Sequence record: OZ374592.1
Reading direction: 5' to 3' (one strand)
DNA length: 32,000 bases
How positions within the stretch are numbered: position 1 is the first letter of the stretch; the number at the start of each line of letters is the position of its first letter. The position numbers and the translations under genes are program-made. The notes beneath the pieces are model-generated. The model was not told the DNA's origin and did not search any database. It was given only the letters and a program-made list of their open reading frames with translations. Positions 10,609 to 23,997 of the stretch are shown one piece after another.

Positions 10609-11433
10609 TTATTTATAAGATATACCAACTGAAGGTGAACTTGCTTGTGCTCTATATTTTTTATCCATTCTACCAGCTAAAAATGCATTTCTACCAGACA
10701 ACACACTGAGCTTCATTGCATTAGCCATCAATTGAGGGGATGAAGCTTTAGCAACAGCTGTATTTAATAAAACAGCTGCAGCACCTAATTCCATAGCTTG
10801 ACCCGCTTCACTCGCCGTTCCAATTCCTGCATCAATAATTACAGGAATTTTAGAATTTTCAATAATAATTTTAAGATTCAAAATATTTTGTAAGCCTTGA
10901 CCTGATCCAATTGGTGAAGCTAAAGGCATTACAGTACTACACCCAATATTTTCCAATTGCTTCGCCAAAATTGGATCTGCACTAATGTATGGTAAAACAG
11001 TAAATTGTTTTCTAACTAAATACTCTGCTGCTTTTAATGTTCCTATTGGATCTGGTAATAAATATTTAGGATCCGGTATTACTTCAAGTTTTACAAAATT
11101 ATTCTCTATTTGCCCCAATCTTTTAACCATTTCTCGACCTAATTTAGCGATCCTAATTGCCTCATCTGCATTTTTACAGCCAGCTGTATTAGGAAGTAGC
11201 CATAATTTTTTCCAATCAAGTCCATCAATTAAATTACTCTGTCCATTAATCTTAGACTGCTGAACTCTTCTAATAGCAACTGTAACAATTGAAGCTTCAC
11301 TTGCTTCTATACTACTTTTTGCTTCTTGTAAATTTTTATATTTACCTGTACCTAACATTAATCTTGATCCAAAGCTTTTATTAGATATAATTAATGAGTT
11401 ATTATGAGAAGTTACCAAAGAATGTTTTAACAT
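10609..11433 (-). CDS. thiG: Thiazole synthase
   Basis: The 274-aa ORF contains [17 protein letters not shown] and [13 protein letters not shown]...[12 protein letters not shown], all typical ThiG motifs. Confidence 0.92.
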   Translation of the reverse strand: MLKHSLVTSHNNSLIISNKSFGSRLMLGTGKYKNLQEAKSSIEASEASIVTVAIRRVQQSKINGQSNLIDGLDWKKLWLLPNTAGCKNADEAIRIAKLGREMVKRLGQIENNFVKLEVIPDPKYLLPDPIGTLKAAEYLVRKQFTVLPYISADPILAKQLENIGCSTVMPLASPIGSGQGLQNILNLKIIIENSKIPVIIDAGIGTASEAGQAMELGAAAVLLNTAVAKASSPQLMANAMKLSVLSGRNAFLAGRMDKKYRAQASSPSVGISYK

Positions 11434-11632
11434 GCTGTATAATTTATAAACTTAAAAATAAATAGGGTTTGAAAATTATCATTGTTTTATTGTAAAATCA
11501 ATATAAATTGTATAATAAATATATTTATTATACAAATATATATTGAAGGATAATAAGTCTAAACAATTAAAAGTAATGATCATATATTAACTTCAAGTTT
11601 TTCATTTCTAATATTAATTATATAGCATCATT

Positions 11633-12247
11633 ATGCATAATCGATTACCCCTATGGATAATAGGTATTATAAGTACTTTAATAATATTTACACTAAGTGT
11701 ATTAATATATAGAATATCTGTGGCTATAATAAAATCTAATAATAATTACAATAAGAAAAATATAACATTAATAGATAGATTTGGATCTATATTACCTTAT
11801 TTACTACCTTTATTAGAAGGATTGCAGAATTTCGGGCAACAAATTTTACCAGACTATCCATTCAGCTTAATGAGTATTTATAAAAAAACTCTTATGCCAT
11901 TAGTGATTTTCTATGTAACACATCCCGCATTAGCTTTTATTATATTCTTTGTATTATACTATTTATTTGTCAGAGCTAAAAGCCCGATTCCTGACAGACC
12001 ATTTATACGATTTAATGTACTACAATCAATATTATTATTCTTAATTAATTCTTTACTGGGCGCTACATTTAGAGCATTACCAATAGAATTCAGAATGAGC
12101 TTATATGGATTTATGGTTTGCAACACATTATTCTGGTTTGTCTTATCTACAATTATTTACTCTGTCGCTAAATCTATTGAAGGAAAATATGCAAAAATAC
12201 CTGTCATTTCACAAGCTGTAAGAATACAAATAGATAACCGCTTATAA
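11633..12247 (+). CDS. ycf60: Tic20-family membrane protein (ycf60)
   Basis: The 204-aa ORF has four predicted hydrophobic helices and the Tic20/ycf60-like segment DRFGSILPYLLPLLEGL. Size matches red-algal ycf60 as I remember it. Confidence 0.65.
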   Translation: MHNRLPLWIIGIISTLIIFTLSVLIYRISVAIIKSNNNYNKKNITLIDRFGSILPYLLPLLEGLQNFGQQILPDYPFSLMSIYKKTLMPLVIFYVTHPALAFIIFFVLYYLFVRAKSPIPDRPFIRFNVLQSILLFLINSLLGATFRALPIEFRMSLYGFMVCNTLFWFVLSTIIYSVAKSIEGKYAKIPVISQAVRIQIDNRL

Positions 12248-12281
12248 ATTACATTATTATCAATATTAAATAAAAAATAAT

Positions 12282-12593
12282 ATGAGACTAAATAGTTACG
12301 AAACTATCTATATTTTAAAACCTGATGTTACTGAAGATACTAATCTAAGTTTAGTATATGAATACAAATCATTAATACAAAAAAATGGAGGACAAAATGT
12401 TTTTGTACAACATAGAGGTAGAAGACATTTAAGCTATAATATTACCCATTACTATGATGGCATTTATGTACAAATGAATTACGAAGGCAATGGATATTTA
12501 GTTAATCTATTAGAAAAATCTATGAGAATAAATGAAAATATTATTCGATATTTAACCGTTAAACAAACTGCATTTCAAGGAATTCATGTATAG
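12282..12593 (+). CDS. rps6: 30S ribosomal protein S6
   Basis: The 103-aa ORF contains YETIYILKPDVTED...RGRRHLSYNI...GIYVQMNY...IIRYLTVK, the S6 pattern. Confidence 0.88.
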   Translation: MRLNSYETIYILKPDVTEDTNLSLVYEYKSLIQKNGGQNVFVQHRGRRHLSYNITHYYDGIYVQMNYEGNGYLVNLLEKSMRINENIIRYLTVKQTAFQGIHV

Positions 12594-12623
12594 TCTATAA
12601 ATATAATATGGGGAATCATAGAG

Positions 12624-12740
12624 TCCTGATACTGAGCTACTTTCCCAAAGGGCTCCCCCTTAAGTATCATTGCCGCTGTAGTGTTTAACAACCAAGTTCG
12701 GGATGGGTTGGAGTGGGACCACTACGCTATAAGTATCAGA
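12624..12740 (-). rRNA. rrn5: 5S ribosomal RNA
   Basis: The reverse complement contains CCCACTCCAACCCATCCCGAACTTGG...AGTAGCTCAGTATCAGGA. The terminal helix pairs TCTGATACT with AGTATCAGGA. The gene lies 31 nt downstream of 23S. Ends are accurate to a few nt. Confidence 0.85.
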
Positions 12741-12771
12741 ACATAAAATGCTACTATTTAATTACAAAATC

Positions 12772-15654
<2,883 letters not shown>

Positions 15655-15704
15655 TAATTTTGTAACTAAATAATAGAAAATACTAGAAGTATAACTTCTA
15701 TATG

Positions 15705-15777
15705 TGGAGATAAGCGGACTCGAACCGCTGGCATCTGCCTTGCAAAGGCAGCGCTCTACCAGCTGAGCTATACCCCC
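15705..15777 (-). tRNA. trnA: tRNA-Ala(UGC), intron-less, in the 16S-23S spacer
   Basis: The reverse complement is GGGGGTATAGCTCAGCTGGTAGAGCGCTGCCTTTGCAAGGCAGATGCCAGCGGTTCGAGTCCGCTTATCTCCA, 73 nt. The G3-U70 identity pair is present. Confidence 0.95.
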
Positions 15778-15791
15778 TCTTCTATTTTAGT

Positions 15792-15865
<74 letters not shown>

Positions 15866-15938
15866 TTGCAATTATAATTTATATAAATTAAATATACGAT
15901 CTAGGATAATATAAAGTTAAAATTTTTATAATCCCTAA

Positions 15939-17427
<1,489 letters not shown>

Positions 17428-17494
17428 ATCCAGAATAAATAACTGAAATAGATAACAATTATTTTTTCGCTTGATTCAATAATTACACAATCAG

Positions 17495-17522
17495 ATTAAT
17501 ACTTTAGGATACATCTTGTCAA
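17495..17522 (-). promoter_or_regulatory. Candidate sigma70-type promoter of the rRNA operon
   Basis: The reverse strand reads a perfect TTGACA (17522-17517), a 16-nt spacer, then ATTAAT (17500-17495). The site is about 68 nt upstream of the 16S 5' end. Function is inferred. Confidence 0.4.
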
Positions 17523-17808
17523 CCCCTAAATGTATAAATAATAAATTTTTATATTATGCTAAAATTAATATTTTATAATTCCGTAAACAACAAATATTAT
17601 AACTACAATAAGCATGGAATTAACTTCTTAAGCTATTTTTTTATTTTTAATAAAAAGAATTAATTTTATAAAATTCATATAAAAATCATTGAAATAAAAA
17701 ATTACTTTTTGCAATAATTATAAAAGATAATGTAATACAATCTATATTAAAAAAATAATTTTCAATATTATACAATAATAATTATACATTAATGAGGAGA
17801 TTGCGATA

Positions 17809-18537
17809 TTGGACAACCAAAAGGAAAAAATATTAATTGTAGATGATGAAACAAGTATTAGAAGAATACTAGAAACAAGATTATCTATGATTGGGTATGA
17901 AGTAGTTAGCGCATGTGATGGTGAAGAAGCTCTCACAATATTCCGCAAAGAATATCCTAATTTAGTAGTATTAGATGTGATGATGCCAAAATTAGATGGC
18001 TATGGAGTTTGCCAAGAACTAAGAAAAGAATCTGATGTGCCCATTATTATGTTAACTGCTCTTGGAGACGTCTCTGATAGAATTACTGGGCTAGAATTAG
18101 GAGCAGATGACTATGTTGTTAAACCTTTCTCTCCAAAAGAACTAGAAGCGAGAATAAGATCTGTACTTAGAAGAGTTGAAAAATTACCTGTTTGTCCTAG
18201 TATACCGAGCTCTGGCATTCTTAGTATAGGTTTTCTAAAAGTAGATACAAATAAAAGACAAGTATATAAAAATAATGAAAGAGTTCGATTAACAGGCATG
18301 GAGTTTAGTCTTTTAGAATTATTAATTAGTAGGGCAGGTGAACCATTTTCTAGAGCTTCTATATTACAAGAAGTTTGGGGATATACACCAGAAAGACATG
18401 TAGATACCAGAGTTGTAGATGTACATATCTCAAGACTAAGAGCTAAATTAGAAGATGATCCAAGTAATCCCGATCTTATTTTAACAGCAAGAGGCACAGG
18501 GTATTTATTTCAAAGAATTATAGATAATGTTCTCTAA
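17809..18537 (+). CDS. ycf27: OmpR-family response regulator (ycf27 / RpaB-like)
   Basis: The 242-aa ORF has a receiver domain (KILIVDDETSIRRILETRLSMIGYEV...LVVLDVMMPKLDGYGV...PIIMLTALG...KPFSPKEL). It also has a winged-helix domain (LTGMEFSLLELL...VDVHISRLRAKLE...TARGTGY). The start is non-ATG: TTG at 17809, preceded by GAGGAG. Confidence 0.92.
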   Translation: MDNQKEKILIVDDETSIRRILETRLSMIGYEVVSACDGEEALTIFRKEYPNLVVLDVMMPKLDGYGVCQELRKESDVPIIMLTALGDVSDRITGLELGADDYVVKPFSPKELEARIRSVLRRVEKLPVCPSIPSSGILSIGFLKVDTNKRQVYKNNERVRLTGMEFSLLELLISRAGEPFSRASILQEVWGYTPERHVDTRVVDVHISRLRAKLEDDPSNPDLILTARGTGYLFQRIIDNVL

Positions 18538-19054
18538 AATTATAAATAATATGGAAATACATAAAATGATTATTAAAGTAACAATTTTACAATAATATAA
18601 AGTATACCTTTAAAATAAATATTTACTAATATACAATATATTTTATTGTCATTTATAAGTTCCTACATTAAATTGCTATTCTCAATCTATATTATTAAAG
18701 CTAAATACTTTTTAATCATTATGCCAATTCTTATAATCTTTTATATTTTCATAAAAAGACTCAATAATTTAACATATTAAATTAATAGAAAAAAAAATAT
18801 AGTACTATTATGTGATATGAGTAAATTATATTATTATTTATAATAAAAACTAAAAGTTAAAATAAACTTAGCGAACTATATCAAAAATAGTTTTACTAGT
18901 TAATACATTTATTATTAATTATATTTATAATTATATTTAACCGTAAAGAAAAGTAAAGTCGCTTTTTAAAAAATAAAATAATGATACATATATGAATATG
19001 AATTATATTTTGCGAAAAATTTACTTACTAAATTTGCTCTGGAGATCTTAATTT

Positions 19055-20110
19055 ATGACCATAGCAATTGGACAAGAAAAAAGCCGCGGTAAATTTGACT
19101 TAGTTGATGACTGGGTTAAAAGAGACAGATTTGTATTTGTGGGATGGTCTGGCTTACTACTATTCCCGTGCGCATACTTATCACTGGGAGGTTGGTTAAC
19201 TGGTACAACATTTGTAACATCTTGGTACACTCATGGATTAGCGAGCTCATATTTAGAAGGATGTAATTTCCTTACAGCTGCTGTATCTACACCAGCAAAT
19301 AGTATGGGACATTCTTTACTACTATTATGGGGACCGGAAGCACAAGGTGACTTCACAAGGTGGTGCCAAATTGGCGGCTTATGGGCTTTTATAGCTTTAC
19401 ATGGCTCTTTTGGATTAATCGGTTTCTGTTTAAGACAATTTGAAATTGCTCGACTAGTTGGTATAAGACCATATAATGCTATTGCATTTTCAGGGCCCAT
19501 TGCTGTTTTTGTATCAGTTTTTCTTATGTATCCACTAGGACAAGCAAGTTGGTTTTTTGCACCTAGTTTTGGTGTTGCAGCAATATTTCGATTTTTACTC
19601 TTTTTACAAGGATTTCATAACTGGACATTAAACCCATTTCATATGATGGGAGTAGCTGGTATTCTTGGAGGAGCTCTTCTATGTGCAATACATGGTGCAA
19701 CAGTACAAAATACATTATTTGAAGATGGTGATGCTGCGGATACTTTTAGAGCATTCACTCCAACTCAATCAGAAGAAACATATTCTATGGTTACTGCAAA
19801 CCGCTTTTGGTCACAAATTTTTGGTGTTGCTTTCTCTAATAAACGTTGGCTACATTTCTTCATGTTATTTGTACCTGTTACAGGTATGTGGACAAGTGCA
19901 TTCGGTATTGTAGGCTTAGCTTTGAATCTAAGAGCATATGATTTTGTTTCACAAGAACTTCGGGCAGCTGAAGATCCTGAATTTGAAACATTTTATACTA
20001 AAAATATTTTACTAAACGAAGGTATTCGTGCATGGATGGCTGCTCAAGATCAACCTCACGAAAACTTTATATTCCCTGAGGAGGTTTTACCACGTGGAAA
20101 CGCCCTTTAA
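19055..20110 (+). CDS. psbD: Photosystem II D2 protein
   Basis: The 351-aa ORF runs [41 protein letters not shown]...[10 protein letters not shown], the canonical D2 sequence. Confidence 0.98.
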   Translation: MTIAIGQEKSRGKFDLVDDWVKRDRFVFVGWSGLLLFPCAYLSLGGWLTGTTFVTSWYTHGLASSYLEGCNFLTAAVSTPANSMGHSLLLLWGPEAQGDFTRWCQIGGLWAFIALHGSFGLIGFCLRQFEIARLVGIRPYNAIAFSGPIAVFVSVFLMYPLGQASWFFAPSFGVAAIFRFLLFLQGFHNWTLNPFHMMGVAGILGGALLCAIHGATVQNTLFEDGDAADTFRAFTPTQSEETYSMVTANRFWSQIFGVAFSNKRWLHFFMLFVPVTGMWTSAFGIVGLALNLRAYDFVSQELRAAEDPEFETFYTKNILLNEGIRAWMAAQDQPHENFIFPEEVLPRGNAL

Positions 20111-21479
20111 TAATAATATTGGTGTAGGCGGTAGAGATATTGAATCTACAGGATTTGCTTGGTGGTCAGGAAATGCTAGATTAATTAACGTATCAGGCAA
20201 ATTACTGGGTGCACATGTAGCACATGCTGGCGTAATGGTCTTTTGGACAGGCGCTATGACTCTATTTGAAGTAGCACATTTTTTACCAGAGAAGCCTTTA
20301 TATGAACAAGGTTTTATATTAATTCCTCACTTATCAACATTAGGATGGGGTGTTGGTCCTGGTGGTGAAATTCTTAATATATACCCTTATTTTGTTGTAG
20401 GTGTAGTACACTTAATATCATCGGCAGTGCTAGGGTTCGGAGGACTTTACCATTCATTAATTGGTCCTGATACACTCGAAGAATCTTTCCCGTTCTTTGG
20501 TTATGACTGGAGAGACAAAAATAAAATGACAACTATCCTAGGAATACATCTAATTTTATTGGGTGTAGGTTCTTTCTTACTTGTTATTAAAGCACTCTTT
20601 TTCGGTGGTGTATATGATACATGGGCTCCAGGAGGAGGAGATATTAGACTAATTAATAATCCAACTCTAAATCCATCAGTAATTTTTGGATATGTTTTAA
20701 AATCTCCTTTTGGAGGAGATGGATGGGTAGTGAGTGTTGATAATATGGAAGACTTAATAGGGGGGCATGTTTGGATAGGTGTTATATGTATTACCGGAGG
20801 AATATGGCATATCCTAACAAAACCATTTGCTTGGGCTCGCAGAGCATTTGTTTGGTCAGGTGAAGCGTATTTATCATATAGTTTAGGAGCCTTATCTATT
20901 ATGGGATTAACTGCATCAAACTTTGTTTGGTACAATAATACCGCTTACCCAAGTGAATTTTACGGACCTACTGGCCCAGAAGCATCACAAGCGCAAGCAT
21001 TTACATTTCTTGTAAGAGATCAAAGGCTTGGTGCAAATGTAGCATCTGCGCAAGGGCCGACAGGATTAGGAAAATATTTAATGAGGTCTCCAAGTGGAGA
21101 GATCATTTTTGGCGGCGAAACTATGCGTTTTTGGGATTTAAGAGCACCATGGGTTGAACCATTAAGAGGTCCTAATGGGTTAGATTTAAATAAGGTTAAA
21201 AATGATATACAACCTTGGCAGGAGAGAAGAGCTGCTGAATACATGACACATGCTCCACTAGGCTCATTAAATTCTGTTGGTGGTGTAGCAACAGAAATTA
21301 ATTCTGTAAACTATGTTTCACCAAGAAGCTGGTTAACGACATCTCACTTCTTTTTAGGTTTTTTCCTATTTATAGGACATTTATGGCATGCTGGTAGGGC
21401 TCGTGCTGCTGCTGCTGGATTTGAAAAAGGTATTAATAGAGAGAATGAAGCTGTACTTTCAATGAGACCTTTAGATTAA
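20028..21479 (+). CDS. psbC: Photosystem II CP43 protein (coordinates are the longest ATG ORF; GTG at 20094 is the more likely true start)
   Basis: The ORF contains ...[18 protein letters not shown]...[34 protein letters not shown]...LSMRPLD, the canonical CP43 sequence. It overlaps the psbD 3' end. See the finding on start-codon ambiguity. Confidence 0.95.
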   Translation: MHGWLLKINLTKTLYSLRRFYHVETPFNNNIGVGGRDIESTGFAWWSGNARLINVSGKLLGAHVAHAGVMVFWTGAMTLFEVAHFLPEKPLYEQGFILIPHLSTLGWGVGPGGEILNIYPYFVVGVVHLISSAVLGFGGLYHSLIGPDTLEESFPFFGYDWRDKNKMTTILGIHLILLGVGSFLLVIKALFFGGVYDTWAPGGGDIRLINNPTLNPSVIFGYVLKSPFGGDGWVVSVDNMEDLIGGHVWIGVICITGGIWHILTKPFAWARRAFVWSGEAYLSYSLGALSIMGLTASNFVWYNNTAYPSEFYGPTGPEASQAQAFTFLVRDQRLGANVASAQGPTGLGKYLMRSPSGEIIFGGETMRFWDLRAPWVEPLRGPNGLDLNKVKNDIQPWQERRAAEYMTHAPLGSLNSVGGVATEINSVNYVSPRSWLTTSHFFLGFFLFIGHLWHAGRARAAAAGFEKGINRENEAVLSMRPLD

Positions 21480-21513
21480 TAATAAAACTATAAAAAAGCT
21501 ACAGAATAATAAT

Positions 21514-21550
21514 AAATACTATTCTTAATTAAAAATTAAGAATAGTATTT
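21514..21550 (+). terminator. 17-bp perfect stem-loop downstream of psbC
   Basis: aaatactattcttaatt (21514-21530) pairs perfectly with aattaagaatagtattt (21534-21550) around a 3-nt apex. It lies 35 nt after the psbC stop. Confidence 0.55.
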
Positions 21551-21783
21551 TAATATTTAATTTTCACAATTAAGATAACAATAAACAATCAAAGATAATT
21601 ACAAAAAAATAATACGCGCTTTACTCATCTAAAAAATTAAATATTTATAAGCATGTACTAAAAAAATCTATTAATAAATAATTTTTAATAAAAAGCATAA
21701 TTTAATTATATAAAGTAAGCTGTTAAAATGCCTAATAAATACATAAACAAAAATTAATAGTAATTATATAAAACTCAACATAT

Positions 21784-22365
21784 ATGCCATTAAATATACA
21801 TCTTATTTCACATCCAATTATCAAAAAAATATCTAATGAGATTATATACTCAATAAATGCTAATGATCAAGCACAATGTGCATACTATGAAATATATAAT
21901 TTATTAATTTATGAAACAATTCGCAAATGGATTAAAACATATACAATTTATATTAAAAATATTGACTTAATTAACGAAATATATGAATTTGATAATCAAG
22001 ATTCATATCTATTAATTACTAATTTCATGGATTGCGGAAATATGATAAATACGATATATAGAACACTACCTCAAGTATACTTACAACACATTAATCTAAA
22101 AAAATATAAAACAAGTAAAATTACTGACGATTGTTTAGAGGATAAAATTATTAATATAATAAAAAGACAAAAAATTATCATAATTGAAAATTTTTTGAAA
22201 AATTATTCGATTATACAATTATTAGATTATTTATCAATTAATAAACAAATAAAACTTGCAAATATAAAAATCATTTGTATAACATGTAACAACAGTATTT
22301 TAGAATACATGGGACATAAATACCCTTCTTTACAAATATATACAACACAAATAAATTACTATTAA
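21784..22365 (+). CDS. upp: Uracil phosphoribosyltransferase homolog, apparently non-catalytic
   Basis: The 193-aa ORF is collinear by eye with bacterial Upp. IHLISHPIIKK resembles VxVxxHPLVKHK. YEIYNLLIYETIRKW resembles fRelxxexxxLLxYEA. KIIIIENFLKNYSIIQLLDYL sits where Upp has VLVxDPMLATGGSxxxAIdlL. The PRPP loop and C-terminal uracil motif are not conserved. Confidence 0.6.
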   Translation: MPLNIHLISHPIIKKISNEIIYSINANDQAQCAYYEIYNLLIYETIRKWIKTYTIYIKNIDLINEIYEFDNQDSYLLITNFMDCGNMINTIYRTLPQVYLQHINLKKYKTSKITDDCLEDKIINIIKRQKIIIIENFLKNYSIIQLLDYLSINKQIKLANIKIICITCNNSILEYMGHKYPSLQIYTTQINYY

Positions 22366-22409
22366 ATTCATTGGTATAATTATAAAACATATATACAATT
22401 AATCTGATT

Positions 22410-22700
22410 ATGAATATAATTACTAATTCGTTCAATTTAGTATTCACCTCTATAGCCAATTTCTCTGAAATTTATCTGATTTTAATTCTTTTAAAATTAT
22501 CATTAGCATGGTTTCCTACAGTAAATTGGTATAATGAGCCTTTTTGTTCTCTCAATCGACTAACAGATCCATACTTAAGACTATTTAGAGGAACTATACC
22601 GATGATTTTTGGTATGGATATGTCTCCTATGCTCGGAATTATTTTCTTGCAATGTCTTACTGTAATATTTAACAATATAAGAATAGAATCTATTACATAA
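22410..22700 (+). CDS. ycf19: YGGT-family membrane protein (ycf19)
   Basis: The 96-aa ORF contains ILILLKLSLAWFPTVNWYNEPFCSLNRLTDPYLRLFRGTIPMIFGMDMSPMLGIIFLQ. This matches the YGGT repeat pattern (..W.P......P......TdP.L...R...P...G.D.SP...). Confidence 0.8.
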   Translation: MNIITNSFNLVFTSIANFSEIYLILILLKLSLAWFPTVNWYNEPFCSLNRLTDPYLRLFRGTIPMIFGMDMSPMLGIIFLQCLTVIFNNIRIESIT

Positions 22701-22805
22701 ATATAAATAATGTACTTATCAATATGATATAATGGCAAAAAGTTATATCAACAAATTATAGATTGATAACCCATACTATAAATAATATACTAAAGTAGCT
22801 CATTT

Positions 22806-23036
22806 ATGCTTAAAATAAGATTAAAACGCTTTGGAAGAAAAAAGCAACCTAGCTATCGTATTATAGTCATTGACAGCCGTAAACGTAGAGATGGTAGAGC
22901 AATAGAAGAAGTAGGATTTTATAATCCTTTAACCAAAGAAACGAAATTAAATCTTGAGACTATTAATCAAAGAATAAAAGAAGGAGCCCGGTTAACAAAA
23001 ACTGTAGAAAATATCGTAAATAAAATAAATAATTAA
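22806..23036 (+). CDS. rps16: 30S ribosomal protein S16
   Basis: The 76-aa ORF starts [42 protein letters not shown], the canonical S16 sequence. Confidence 0.93.
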   Translation: MLKIRLKRFGRKKQPSYRIIVIDSRKRRDGRAIEEVGFYNPLTKETKLNLETINQRIKEGARLTKTVENIVNKINN

Positions 23037-23055
23037 TAATAAAAGGAGAATTAAT

Positions 23056-23355
23056 TTGCCAAAATTTACATTTAAAATATTATGGCTTGAGAATAATGTA
23101 GCAATTGCAATAGATCATATAGTAGGTAAAAGCTTGAGTCCATTAACTGCATATTTTTTTTGGCCAAGAAATGATGCATGGGAACAACTTAAGGTAGAAT
23201 TAGAATCAAAGCCATGGATCTCAGAATATGACAGAGTTGAACTATTAAATAAAACAACTGAAATCATCAATTTTTGGCAAGAAACTGGTAAACAAAAATC
23301 CATTGTACAAGCACAAGAAAAATTTCCTGAATATGTATTTGCAGGAAGTAACTAA
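23056..23355 (+). CDS. ycf65: Plastid-specific ribosomal protein 3 homolog (ycf65 / PSRP-3)
   Basis: The 99-aa ORF contains [72 protein letters not shown]. This matches the remembered PSRP-3/ycf65 pattern. The start is TTG, 7 nt after AGGAG. Confidence 0.85.
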   Translation: MPKFTFKILWLENNVAIAIDHIVGKSLSPLTAYFFWPRNDAWEQLKVELESKPWISEYDRVELLNKTTEIINFWQETGKQKSIVQAQEKFPEYVFAGSN

Positions 23356-23364
23356 TCTTAAGCA

Positions 23365-23401
23365 TAGATGATTAGTAAAATATAAAAATACTAATCATCT
23401 A
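23365..23401 (+). terminator. 13-bp perfect stem-loop downstream of rps16-ycf65
   Basis: tagatgattagta (23365-23377) pairs perfectly with tactaatcatcta (23389-23401) around an 11-nt loop. It starts 10 nt after the ycf65 stop. Confidence 0.5.
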
Positions 23402-23442
23402 CAATTAATTTAATATAATAGAACTAAACATTTATAAGCATA

Positions 23443-23940
23443 ATGTATTATATATATAAAAAAATAAATTTAAAACATAAAATAGATGTATTACTTATGA
23501 GTATAGAATCATTAAACTTATATACACAACAATCAATATCAAACAAAAGATATACAAGCCATAATATCCATAATGATATTTTTTTAATGAAATTCAATAC
23601 TTATACTAGAGATATTTATTGCAATAAAAGATTATTTACGTTTAATAATATTGTGCGAATATTGCATGAAATTTATGACTACCTGAAACAATCATATATA
23701 CAAGAAATTACAAGGCATATTTTATATAATTATTGTAATTCAATCAAAAGTATAATCACATCACAATACTTGCACAGGTTTATACATATCTATAAAAAAA
23801 ATCAAAATTATTATAGTCATCATAGCTACAATCAAACAATTAACCTTGAGCACTTAGCTATTACTAATCTTTATCTTATAACTCAAATTAACCAAAATTA
23901 TGGATTATTTTTTTTCATTAAATACCTTTTATATATTTAA
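23443..23940 (+). CDS. Hypothetical protein (orphan ORF, 165 aa, Y/N/I/H-rich, no family recognised)
   Basis: A 165-codon open frame lies in an extremely AT-rich stretch that no recognisable gene overlaps on either strand. There is no clear TM helix or motif. The start is uncertain (ATG 23443, or the internal MSIESL). Confidence 0.45.
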   Translation: MYYIYKKINLKHKIDVLLMSIESLNLYTQQSISNKRYTSHNIHNDIFLMKFNTYTRDIYCNKRLFTFNNIVRILHEIYDYLKQSYIQEITRHILYNYCNSIKSIITSQYLHRFIHIYKKNQNYYSHHSYNQTINLEHLAITNLYLITQINQNYGLFFFIKYLLYI

Positions 23941-23997
23941 AGATATGTTGCAATTATATAATTTTAATATAATCGTAGATATTTCATTGTAACTTTT

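Noticed and set aside
18721-18780. 19-codon hydrophobic mini-ORF (MPILIIFYIFIKRLNNLTY) in the ycf27-psbD spacer, considered as a missed small photosystem or cytochrome subunit
   Set aside because: It matches no small plastid protein I know (psbT/K/I/J/L/M/X, petG/L/M/N, psaI/J/M, ycf12). It has no Shine-Dalgarno sequence, and such ORFs arise readily in AT-rich DNA.
19048-21244. Antisense or alternate-frame ORFs inside psbD/psbC (19048-19230, 19231-19500, 19665-19913, 20501-20935, 21020-21244)
   Set aside because: They overlap highly conserved photosystem genes whose relatively GC-rich codons leave other frames open. None has a recognisable motif.
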